Of a stretch of DNA of 24,535 nucleotides, positions 1 to 7,447 are shown one piece after another (positions within the stretch are counted from its first letter, which is position 1; every line of letters starts with the position of its first letter). Position numbers and translations under genes: made by a program. Source of the DNA: a bacterium (GTDB lineage: Bacteria; Fidelibacterota; Marinisomatia; Marinisomatales; UBA1611); NCBI GenBank assembly GCA_038127595.1, contig JAYPIC010000024.1, forward strand, positions 1-24,535, in the 5' to 3' direction. The notes under the pieces are model-generated. The model did no database searches and had not been told where the DNA came from. It saw only the letters and a program-made list of their open reading frames with translations.

Positions 1-423
1 GGCAGGTACATAACAAGGCCTGATTTCAGCTCTATGTGGTTCTATAACCTTAAAGTTTATAATGGGCCAGCCTTTAGTCTTCATAAAAATGGTGAGCGCA
101 AAGAAAAAGGTGAAATTGTTAATGGTGCTAAATCTGGAGTTTGGTCTGGTTGGGATGATAAAGGAAACTTAAAATATAAAGGCAGCTATCTAAACGGGGA
201 AGAAGATGGTAAGTGGGCTGGTTATTTCCCAAATGGTAAAACTAAGTACGAAGGTGTTTATAAAAATGGGAAGCAAGTAGGGAAATGGAAATATTATAAT
301 AAAAAGGGCAAAATGACTACTGAAGAACAATATTTTGTTTGTGATGAAAAATGTGAGGATAAACATTACCCCAGAGAATGCGGTTTGGAAGGTAAAGTAA
401 AAAAATCAAAGAATTTTAAGTAA
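1..423 (+). CDS. MORN-variant (YwqK-like) repeat protein, probably 5'-truncated by the window edge
   Basis: Tandem ~24-aa repeats (SGVWSGWDDKGNLKYKGSYLNGEE / DGKWAGYFPNGKTKYEGVYKNGKQ / VGKWKYYNKKGK). The frame is open from base 1 (GRYITRPDFSS-M34), so the true start is probably upstream. Stop TAA at 421-423. Confidence 0.8.
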   Translation, partial: GRYITRPDFSSMWFYNLKVYNGPAFSLHKNGERKEKGEIVNGAKSGVWSGWDDKGNLKYKGSYLNGEEDGKWAGYFPNGKTKYEGVYKNGKQVGKWKYYNKKGKMTTEEQYFVCDEKCEDKHYPRECGLEGKVKKSKNFK

Positions 424-432
424 TAATCTGCT

Positions 433-963
433 CTAAGACCCTTGATGCTCTTTATGAACTTTCGCGAGCTTAACATACTTACCAGCCCAATTAATATTTT
501 GATCTAAAATAGTTTCTGGCAGTTTTTTCACTGCTTTTGCAGGAACTCCAACAACTAGCTGATAAGGTTCTACAATCATATTCTCCTTTACCACAGCCCC
601 AGCCCCAATTACCGCTCCTTTTCCTACTACTGCTCCATTCATTATAATTGAACCCATACCGATTAGTGCGCCATCTTCTATAGTACAGCCATGAATTATT
701 GCATTGTGACCAATAGTTACATCATTCCCAATTATTACACCTTGATCGTTTTCTAAGTGAATGACTGAATTATCTTGAACGTTAGATCTTTCGCCAATGA
801 TAATTTTGTTTATATCAGCTCTTGCTACAGTATTATACCATATTGATGAACCTTTTTTTATGGTTACATCGCCAATGACTCTTGCGCCATCTGCGACAAA
901 TACTGAATCATGTATTGTAGGAGATTTTATTTTTATATCTTTTCGTAATTCTGTTTTATCCAT
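433..963 (-). CDS. Gamma-carbonic-anhydrase family protein (YrdA/CaiE/PaaY-like, left-handed beta-helix)
   Basis: Hexapeptide repeats. Family motifs VIGDVTI...SSIWYNTVARAD, SNVQDNSVIH and TIGHNAIIHGC carry the three Zn-ligand His residues; C-terminal GVPAK. AAAGGA SD-like sequence upstream. Confidence 0.92.
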   Translation of the reverse strand: MDKTELRKDIKIKSPTIHDSVFVADGARVIGDVTIKKGSSIWYNTVARADINKIIIGERSNVQDNSVIHLENDQGVIIGNDVTIGHNAIIHGCTIEDGALIGMGSIIMNGAVVGKGAVIGAGAVVKENMIVEPYQLVVGVPAKAVKKLPETILDQNINWAGKYVKLAKVHKEHQGS

Positions 964-1044
964 TAGTGTATTCTAGTCCTTTTATTGACTATCTCAAAAT
1001 CATAAATCTGAATTTGATGTAAAGTATGTTAATTTTTAATTAAT

Positions 1045-2709
1045 ATGATCAACCAAAACTATTTAGAATATTTTATGCGGCGCATCAATACAAGGCCAAA
1101 TATTATCATATCAATTTTAGCTTCACTTTATTTAATACCATCACTTTTTTTGTATTTTGTATCTGAAGATATAAAATTTGCAATTTTATTTAACGAGAAC
1201 ACATTTTTTGAAAATTTAAAAAATATATGGTTTCCTTCTGGCGAATTCTTAAATAAGGGTAATTTGTTTAGGCCAATTATTTCATCAATAAACCTTTTTG
1301 AATACTATTTATGGGGCATTAATCCGTTAGGTTATCATTTTATAAATGGTTTAATCCATACTGTAAATAGTATCCTCATATACCGGTTATCATTAATCTT
1401 ATTAAAAAATAATAATGTGGCCTTATTGAGCGCATTGATTTTTGTTTTTCATCCTATTTTAGGTCACTCAATATTCTGGATAAGTGGAAGGACGGATATG
1501 CTTGCATTGAGTTTTTATTTGCTTTCATTGATTAATACTTCATCTTTTATTGAGCGTACTAGCTTAAAAAAATTGATTCTAGTCCAAATATTGTTTTTGT
1601 GCGCAATGCTTACCAAAGAGGTATCAATTACTTTACCAATTGCACAAATTTGGATGGTATTCTGGAAAAGGCATTATATGAAACTGTCACAGGATGTTAG
1701 GCAGTATATAATCAAGATAATAGCTTCTAGCGCTGTAGTATTTTCAATATTTTTATATTATCGTTTCTCAATTTTTAATCAAAACCCATTTATCATTGAT
1801 TCGATTTATACAATAGGAGGATTATCTCAGTTGGTAAATAATATGATAAAAATAGGTTCTTTCTTGACCGTACCTTTTGGACATGCATGGTTTGAGATGA
1901 AGGTTATGAATTACAAAAATTATGCAATCATCTTGATGCTTCCGCTTTTGATCAAATCATGTATTTATCTTTTTAATAATAGATCAAGGCAATATAAAAT
2001 TATAATGCTGACTGTTCTTCTATTCATTAGCGCATTGCCTCTTTTTAGTCTTACCATGAGATGGTACTTATACATCCCAGTATCGTTTTTTTCAATAGTA
2101 TTAGCCACTCTAATTATTAATTTTAAAAATAAGTCAAAGTTTGCCTATTCGCTTTCAGTTTTGTATTTAATTACATTCATTTTAGGCAGCGTTTTAAATT
2201 ATAAGATATGGTTAAACAATGCTCAAATAGGGAGGGAGGTAGTTAATGGCCTTGAGCAACAGATCAAGATGAATTATAATATTGAAACTATAGCTATTTT
2301 AAATTTTCCATCTAAAGTTAATCGAGTTGCCACATTTGTTGATGGTTTTGAGTCTTTAATTAAACTAAAAACTGGGTCAAGTAAAAAAATAATCAGGCCT
2401 ACAAATATAGTTCATAATAGTGCTCTTAAACCAACTGATGTAAATATCATCGAAGACGGATTTATTATAAATACTTGTGAGGAGAGCTCTTATTTCCTTT
2501 TGGGGGATAATGAACAAAGGCTTGGGCTTCGATCTTTTAATCCTGGAGATGAAGTAAAAATGAGTTCTGGTAAAGTTACTATTCAGAAGGTGAATGATAT
2601 GGGAAAGCCAGTAAGAGTTGCTCTTAAACTAGATCAAAATAATTTTAATAAAAATACGTTATTTTTAAAATTTGATGAAATTAAAAATACGTATAACATA
2701 ATTAAATAA
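1045..2709 (+). CDS. GT-C fold membrane glycosyltransferase (TMTC/DUF1736/ArnT-like membrane domain, no TPRs)
   Basis: About 10-12 hydrophobic segments. Motifs: FVSED after TM1 (acidic pair, 1165-1170), FRPI, WGINPLGYHFINGLIH, ALIFVFHP, WISGRTD, LTKE and RWYLY. Soluble C-terminal ~160 aa. The start could be ATG 1075. Confidence 0.72.
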   Translation: MINQNYLEYFMRRINTRPNIIISILASLYLIPSLFLYFVSEDIKFAILFNENTFFENLKNIWFPSGEFLNKGNLFRPIISSINLFEYYLWGINPLGYHFINGLIHTVNSILIYRLSLILLKNNNVALLSALIFVFHPILGHSIFWISGRTDMLALSFYLLSLINTSSFIERTSLKKLILVQILFLCAMLTKEVSITLPIAQIWMVFWKRHYMKLSQDVRQYIIKIIASSAVVFSIFLYYRFSIFNQNPFIIDSIYTIGGLSQLVNNMIKIGSFLTVPFGHAWFEMKVMNYKNYAIILMLPLLIKSCIYLFNNRSRQYKIIMLTVLLFISALPLFSLTMRWYLYIPVSFFSIVLATLIINFKNKSKFAYSLSVLYLITFILGSVLNYKIWLNNAQIGREVVNGLEQQIKMNYNIETIAILNFPSKVNRVATFVDGFESLIKLKTGSSKKIIRPTNIVHNSALKPTDVNIIEDGFIINTCEESSYFLLGDNEQRLGLRSFNPGDEVKMSSGKVTIQKVNDMGKPVRVALKLDQNNFNKNTLFLKFDEIKNTYNIIK

Positions 2710-2849
2710 TTCATTTATGTAAAATATTTAAAGTATTGCTTTAAATAATTTTCTCTAATTTTTATATAGCCAAATTAATTTATTTTAATACAATTGTTTG
2801 GAATTAGCATTGCAGTTACTAAATTTAAAAAATTAGCAAGGAATTACTT

Positions 2850-3233
2850 ATGAGTGCTCAATTAGTTTTAACAATTATTGGTGCGATAAACATTTTAATG
2901 GGTATCGCAATATATGCTGGAGCTGAATCAATTGTAACAGGGGGGGCATTTAGTGACTATTTAATTAATGATGCCTCAACCAAAGTTGGTACGTACATGC
3001 ATGAGGCAGTAGCATCCTTTATGATCGCTTTTGGGTGTGTTGCTATTTTAAGTAGAGATATGGAAGATGCCTCGGCAAAAAAACTTCTTTTTGCAATTGG
3101 AGTAGCATATATCATTAATTTAGCTAGCGTTTTACTCCATATTATTAACCCAGAAGTACACCCTCCAGTCCCTGCAGTTATCATAATATTAGGTTTAACT
3201 GGATTGGCTTTTTACACCTCCAAAGCATCATAA
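2850..3233 (+). CDS. Small 4-TM membrane protein of unknown function
   Basis: 127-aa ORF with four hydrophobic segments, an AAGGAA SD-like sequence upstream and an intrinsic terminator downstream. Confidence 0.8.
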   Translation: MSAQLVLTIIGAINILMGIAIYAGAESIVTGGAFSDYLINDASTKVGTYMHEAVASFMIAFGCVAILSRDMEDASAKKLLFAIGVAYIINLASVLLHIINPEVHPPVPAVIIILGLTGLAFYTSKAS

Positions 3234-3266
3234 TAAAATAAAATCATATATTTTTTATGCGCAGTT

Positions 3267-3300
3267 AAAAGGCTCGTTTAAAGATGAGCCTTTTTTGTTT
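3267..3300 (+). terminator. Rho-independent terminator (possibly bidirectional)
   Basis: AAAA-GGCTCGTT-TAAA-GATGAGCC-TTTTTTGTTT: an 8-bp stem with two G-U pairs, a U-tract on the + strand and an A-tract before the stem. Confidence 0.85.
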
Positions 3301-3328
3301 GCATTATTTTAAAATATGTTATTATATT
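3299..3328 (+). promoter_or_regulatory. Putative sigma70-type promoter for the FTR1-TBDT unit
   Basis: TTGCAT (3299-3304), then TG-n-TATTAT (3317-3325) or TATATT (3323-3328). It lies right after the upstream terminator and abuts the palindrome below. The AT-rich context limits certainty. Confidence 0.45.
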
Positions 3329-3350
3329 TAATGAGACTAAGTCTCAATAA
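3328..3350. promoter_or_regulatory. Fur-family-like operator (perfect 7-1-7 inverted repeat)
   Basis: TTA-A-TGAGACT-A-AGTCTCA-A-TAA with a perfect palindromic core at 3332-3346. It has the geometry of the Fur 7-1-7 box TGATAAT-N-ATTATCA, overlaps the predicted transcription start and precedes iron-uptake genes. Confidence 0.7.
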
Positions 3351-3390
3351 CAACAATAATTAACATTATCTAAACAAAAATATATGTATC

Positions 3391-3461
3391 AAGGGCTCTA
3401 TTTTTTGAATTATAAATCTAAACTCCAAGATCAGGTTCCTTCTAAAAATTTGAGCCCTTTT
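3391..3461 (+). other. Long stem-loop in the 5' leader of the FTR1 gene (candidate attenuator, cis-regulatory RNA or sRNA)
   Basis: AAGGGCTCTATTTTTTGAA (3391-3409) is nearly complementary to TTCTAAAAATTTGAGCCCTT (3440-3459), enclosing about 30 nt and ending in TTTT (3458-3461). The function is not assignable from sequence. Confidence 0.5.
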
Positions 3462-3481
3462 ACAAAAGCAGGTATTAAAAT

Positions 3482-4426
3482 ATGGCAGAATTAATAATAG
3501 TTTTTAGGGAAGTATTGGAAGGATCATTAATTGTAGGAATTCTTTATACATACTTAAAAAAAACCAATCAACCAGCAGCTATCCTAAGATTGTGGCAAGG
3601 TGTAGCTGCAGCACTAATAGTTAGTGTTTTAGGTTCATTTATATTTCAAATATTCGCTGATGGGTTTGAAGGGCGCGCTGGTAAGTTATTTGAAGGCATC
3701 ATAATGATCATTGCTGCCGCTGTTTTGGGTTCTATGATAGTATGGATGGCCAAAAATAGGAATATAGCTGATGATCTTAAAGATAAAGCCAATGAGGCTT
3801 TATCGGGTGAGAATGTTGGCTATGGAATTTTTGCTTTGGCATTTGTTTCCGTTTTTAGGGAGGGAATAGAGACTATACTTTTCCTTTATGGTATTATTAT
3901 TAAAGAAGGAGGTTTAAACATAGTTCTTTCTTTGGTCGGTGCTGCGCTTGGTATTGGTTTATCTTTTATGATTTTTATCCAGGGTAAAAAAGTTCCTCTA
4001 AAAACATTTTTTAATGTTACTTCAGTAATACTCATCTTTGTGGCTGCTGGGATGTTTACTTATGGCGTTCACGAGCTAGAGTCAGCACGAGTAATTCCAT
4101 TTTATGGCGGTGAGGTTATCGAAAATGATAACAGTTTAGTTGCAAAACGAATGAATGGAGATACAAAAATATTTACATTTGATTCTTCCTCAGATAACAT
4201 TGATGATGTGTCATACAAAGCTAGTAAATGGGCTTCAAGGGTATGGGATTTAAATCCACCTAAAAATTTTGATGGTACATACCCTTTATTTCATGATAAA
4301 GGAGCAATCGGTGGTCTTATGAAAGGTCTCTTTGGTTATAATGGAGATCCAAGCGCCATCGAACTGATTGCATGGGTCTTAGTAGCCACTGGCTTGGGGT
4401 TGACTTGGAGAAAAACAGCGTCTTAA
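3482..4426 (+). CDS. FTR1/EfeU-family (OFeT/ILT) iron permease
   Basis: Two RExxE iron-transport motifs (FREVLEG in TM1, FREGIET in TM4), about 7 TM segments, GVHELE and the C-terminal GLFGYNGDPSAIE motif. Confidence 0.93.
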   Translation: MAELIIVFREVLEGSLIVGILYTYLKKTNQPAAILRLWQGVAAALIVSVLGSFIFQIFADGFEGRAGKLFEGIIMIIAAAVLGSMIVWMAKNRNIADDLKDKANEALSGENVGYGIFALAFVSVFREGIETILFLYGIIIKEGGLNIVLSLVGAALGIGLSFMIFIQGKKVPLKTFFNVTSVILIFVAAGMFTYGVHELESARVIPFYGGEVIENDNSLVAKRMNGDTKIFTFDSSSDNIDDVSYKASKWASRVWDLNPPKNFDGTYPLFHDKGAIGGLMKGLFGYNGDPSAIELIAWVLVATGLGLTWRKTAS

Positions 4427-4460
4427 TAAAAATTATAAATTTATAGAAAAGGAAATAATA

Positions 4461-6872
4461 ATGAACCGTTTAACAATTTTAACATTTATTTTATCATCAA
4501 GTCTTTATTCTGGTACTTTTATTGGTTTAGTAACAGATAACTCTAATGGAACGCCTGTAATCGATGCAAATATAATCTATACTGATGGTATTTCAAGAGG
4601 CGCAACAACAAATGAAAAAGGATTGTTTTCAATTCAAACCAATTCAGATAGCATAGAAATTTTGGTTAAGGCAATTGGGTACAAAGATTATACTCAGTTT
4701 GTTTTTTTAGATCAAGTAGATCCTGTGAATATCAAATTACAGAAAAAAACTATTAAACTCTCGCCAGTTGAAGTTTTAGCAGGAAGAAATAGTTTGATCG
4801 GGGTCACCAAGAACTTTTTTCGTTTAAATGGTTCATCATCACTTATATCAAGAGCTGAGGTTATTGAATTTAACGATACGGACATAAACAGAGTAATATC
4901 TCAAGTTCCTGGTGTTTACACTCAAGAAGAAGATGGATACGGTTTACGCCCCAATATAGGAATGAGAGGAAGTGGTCTTGAGCGAAGCGCAAAAATTAAC
5001 ATGATGGAAGATGGTATTTTAATTGCACCAGCTCCGTATTCATCTCCAGCTGCATATTATTCACCAACTGCAGGTAGAATGGAATCATTTGAGATTAGAA
5101 AAGGCTCATCTCAGGTTAAATATGGTCCTCACTCTACAGGAGGGGCTATAAATTATGTTTCTGCATCCATACCAGATAACCTAAAATTTCAAGGTAATAT
5201 TTCAGGTGGTCAATTTGGAAATAAGTTTGGAAAGTTCAAAACTGGGGTCTCTAATAAGAATTATGGTATTATGTTTCAAACTGTATTAGATGGCTCAGAT
5301 GGGTTTAAAACTATTAAAGGCGGTGGAAACACTGGCTTTACCAAAAATGACTACTTATTTAAAGCAAGAGTTAATTCTACTAACGAATTAGCTGCAGCAG
5401 AGCTAAAAGTCAGTCAAACAAATGAAATAAGTAATGAAACTTATCTTGGATTAACTAGGGAAGATTTTGATGTTGACCCATATAGTAGATACAGAGCCTC
5501 TCACAAAGACAAAATGACAGCAAATCACGCACAGATATCACTAACAGGGGCAGTTAAACTATTTACAAATTCAGATCTTACTACCACATTATATCAGAAT
5601 AAATTTCATAGGAATTGGTATAAATTGAATAAAATAGCTGGTCAGAGTATAAGTTCTATTTTAGCAGAAGGTAACAATGGTGAAAATTATAATTTACTAT
5701 CCACATTGAATTCTGAAGATGATATTTATGATATTAAAGCGAATAATAGGGATTATCTATCAACAGGGATACAATCTATAATAAGGTCAGATTTCGATAT
5801 ATTTGGCACCAGCAATGATTTTATGTTAGGATTTAGAATGCATTATGATGAAATGGACAGATTTCAGTGGGTTGATTTATACAAAATGGATAATAATAAT
5901 CTTTTTATAACTACTGCTGGTACTCAAGGTGAAGGCAGTAAAAACAATAGGTTATATACTGCAAGTGCTAAATCAATTTTTATTGAAAATGAGGTAAAAA
6001 TTAGTAAAATGATTTTAACCGCTGGAGGACGATTTGAATCAATTAATCTCGAAAGAAAAGATTGGGGTGAAGATATAAATAGAGACTCTACAGCTGGCTC
6101 AATTAAACAAGCTGAATTAGATGTATTTGTTCCTGGAGCAGGATTTTCTTATTTGATTAGGGATGGTTTAAATATTTTTGGTGGAGTACATGCAGGCTTT
6201 TCTCCTCCAGGTCCTGGCATTGAGGATGATGATGATATTTTACCAGAAAAAAGTGTCAATTATGAAATTGGCACTCGATATAATCAGGGTCTTAATTCAG
6301 CAGAGATTTTGTTTTTCTATAATGATTATGAGAATCTTTTAGGAGAAGATACTGAATCTACCGGTTCAGGAACATATGCTCAGTTTAATGGTGGTGAAGT
6401 CCAGATAAAAGGAATAGAGCTGTCTTTAGAAAAAGTATTTCGTTCAAAAAAACTTATTTTCCCAGTTTCTTTTAGTTATACATATACTGATGCAAAATTT
6501 TTAAACTCATTTGATAGTGATTTTGATCCTTGGGGTAATGTGACCAAAAATGATGAATTGCCATACATTCCTAGAAACATGTATCATTTAAGATCTGGTA
6601 TAGAGTTCAACAAATTTAAATTTATATCTAGGTATAAGTATGTTTCGAGAACAAGAACTAAAGCAGGGCAAGGCGACTATGATAGATTATACAGCACAGA
6701 TAACATAAAGGTTATGGATTTATCATTAAAATATTCGATTAATTCTAACTTTATGGTTGAATCAAAAATATTAAATCTTTTTAATGATCAGTCTATTGTT
6801 GCTTCTAGACCTGCGGGAGTAAGGCCTAATATGCCAAGGACATTTAGTATTGGATTTTTATTTGATTTCTAA
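4461..6872 (+). CDS. TonB-dependent receptor, FecA-like family, with an N-terminal carboxypeptidase-regulatory-like domain
   Basis: Signal peptide; N-domain GLVTD...GATTNEKGLFSI...VKAIGY; plug motifs VPGVYTQEEDGYGLRPNIGMRG, MEDGILIAPAPYS and EIRKGSSQVKYGP; barrel ending NLFN...PRTFSIGFLFDF with a terminal Phe. AAGGAA SD upstream. Confidence 0.93.
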   Translation: MNRLTILTFILSSSLYSGTFIGLVTDNSNGTPVIDANIIYTDGISRGATTNEKGLFSIQTNSDSIEILVKAIGYKDYTQFVFLDQVDPVNIKLQKKTIKLSPVEVLAGRNSLIGVTKNFFRLNGSSSLISRAEVIEFNDTDINRVISQVPGVYTQEEDGYGLRPNIGMRGSGLERSAKINMMEDGILIAPAPYSSPAAYYSPTAGRMESFEIRKGSSQVKYGPHSTGGAINYVSASIPDNLKFQGNISGGQFGNKFGKFKTGVSNKNYGIMFQTVLDGSDGFKTIKGGGNTGFTKNDYLFKARVNSTNELAAAELKVSQTNEISNETYLGLTREDFDVDPYSRYRASHKDKMTANHAQISLTGAVKLFTNSDLTTTLYQNKFHRNWYKLNKIAGQSISSILAEGNNGENYNLLSTLNSEDDIYDIKANNRDYLSTGIQSIIRSDFDIFGTSNDFMLGFRMHYDEMDRFQWVDLYKMDNNNLFITTAGTQGEGSKNNRLYTASAKSIFIENEVKISKMILTAGGRFESINLERKDWGEDINRDSTAGSIKQAELDVFVPGAGFSYLIRDGLNIFGGVHAGFSPPGPGIEDDDDILPEKSVNYEIGTRYNQGLNSAEILFFYNDYENLLGEDTESTGSGTYAQFNGGEVQIKGIELSLEKVFRSKKLIFPVSFSYTYTDAKFLNSFDSDFDPWGNVTKNDELPYIPRNMYHLRSGIEFNKFKFISRYKYVSRTRTKAGQGDYDRLYSTDNIKVMDLSLKYSINSNFMVESKILNLFNDQSIVASRPAGVRPNMPRTFSIGFLFDF

Positions 6873-6973
6873 TGATAGTTTTGAATTAGTCAACTACAAT
6901 AAAATAAACTTTTCTCTTTAATTGTAAATAGTGGATGTTTAAACAGGTCTAACTTTACAGACATCAATTTTAT

Positions 6974-7396
6974 ATGCAATCTTTATTTGTAATAGCTTTA
7001 TTTTTTCTCTTTGGATGTGATAAGCATATCCAGGACACAGATAGAACCATTTTCATCCAGAAGTTAGATGCATTAAAGTTTTTAAGTGAGTATCATGATC
7101 AACTTCATGTCATGATCGGCGAAGAGGAGGGTGACGCAGATAAGGCATTTGAAGAATTTTCTAGTGCTCTAAGAAAAAATAATAATTCTGAACTAATTCC
7201 TGTAAGAGAGGCTCTAGGAAAAATTAAATCTTTTAGTGTATCTTCAGATGAGGTCATGAAGTTGGATTATTTAGTTGATTATTATCAATCTGGTCTTTCT
7301 CTTCAAGTCGAGGCTATTTTAAGAGGGAATGGCTACCTTAAAACATTTCCTTTGGATTCTGCGCTAATCATATACAACCGTTTGGCAGGTATTTAA
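6974..7396 (+). CDS. Hypothetical lipoprotein (predicted helical)
   Basis: Hydrophobic N-terminus with lipobox LFGC; 140 aa; His/Glu-rich segment EYHDQLHVMIGEEEGD. Confidence 0.7.
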   Translation: MQSLFVIALFFLFGCDKHIQDTDRTIFIQKLDALKFLSEYHDQLHVMIGEEEGDADKAFEEFSSALRKNNNSELIPVREALGKIKSFSVSSDEVMKLDYLVDYYQSGLSLQVEAILRGNGYLKTFPLDSALIIYNRLAGI

Positions 7397-7447
7397 ATAA
7401 TACATATATTCGATTAAGAAATTAATTTTTCTCCTTTGTAATATTGT

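Noticed and set aside
1..423. Toxin-antitoxin system suggested by the YwqK-like repeats
   Set aside because: MORN-variant repeats are widespread, no toxin gene is visible and the upstream context is outside the window.
1045..2849. Very AT-rich stretch suggesting horizontal acquisition
   Set aside because: Explained by Ile/Phe/Leu-rich membrane-protein codons in a low-GC genome; no integrase, tRNA or flanking repeats.
3420..3450. TCAGG within the leader hairpin resembling SRP (4.5S) RNA or a known riboswitch
   Set aside because: It lacks the SRP GNRA loop/AGCAG partner motif, and I see no cobalamin, TPP or NiCo consensus elements.
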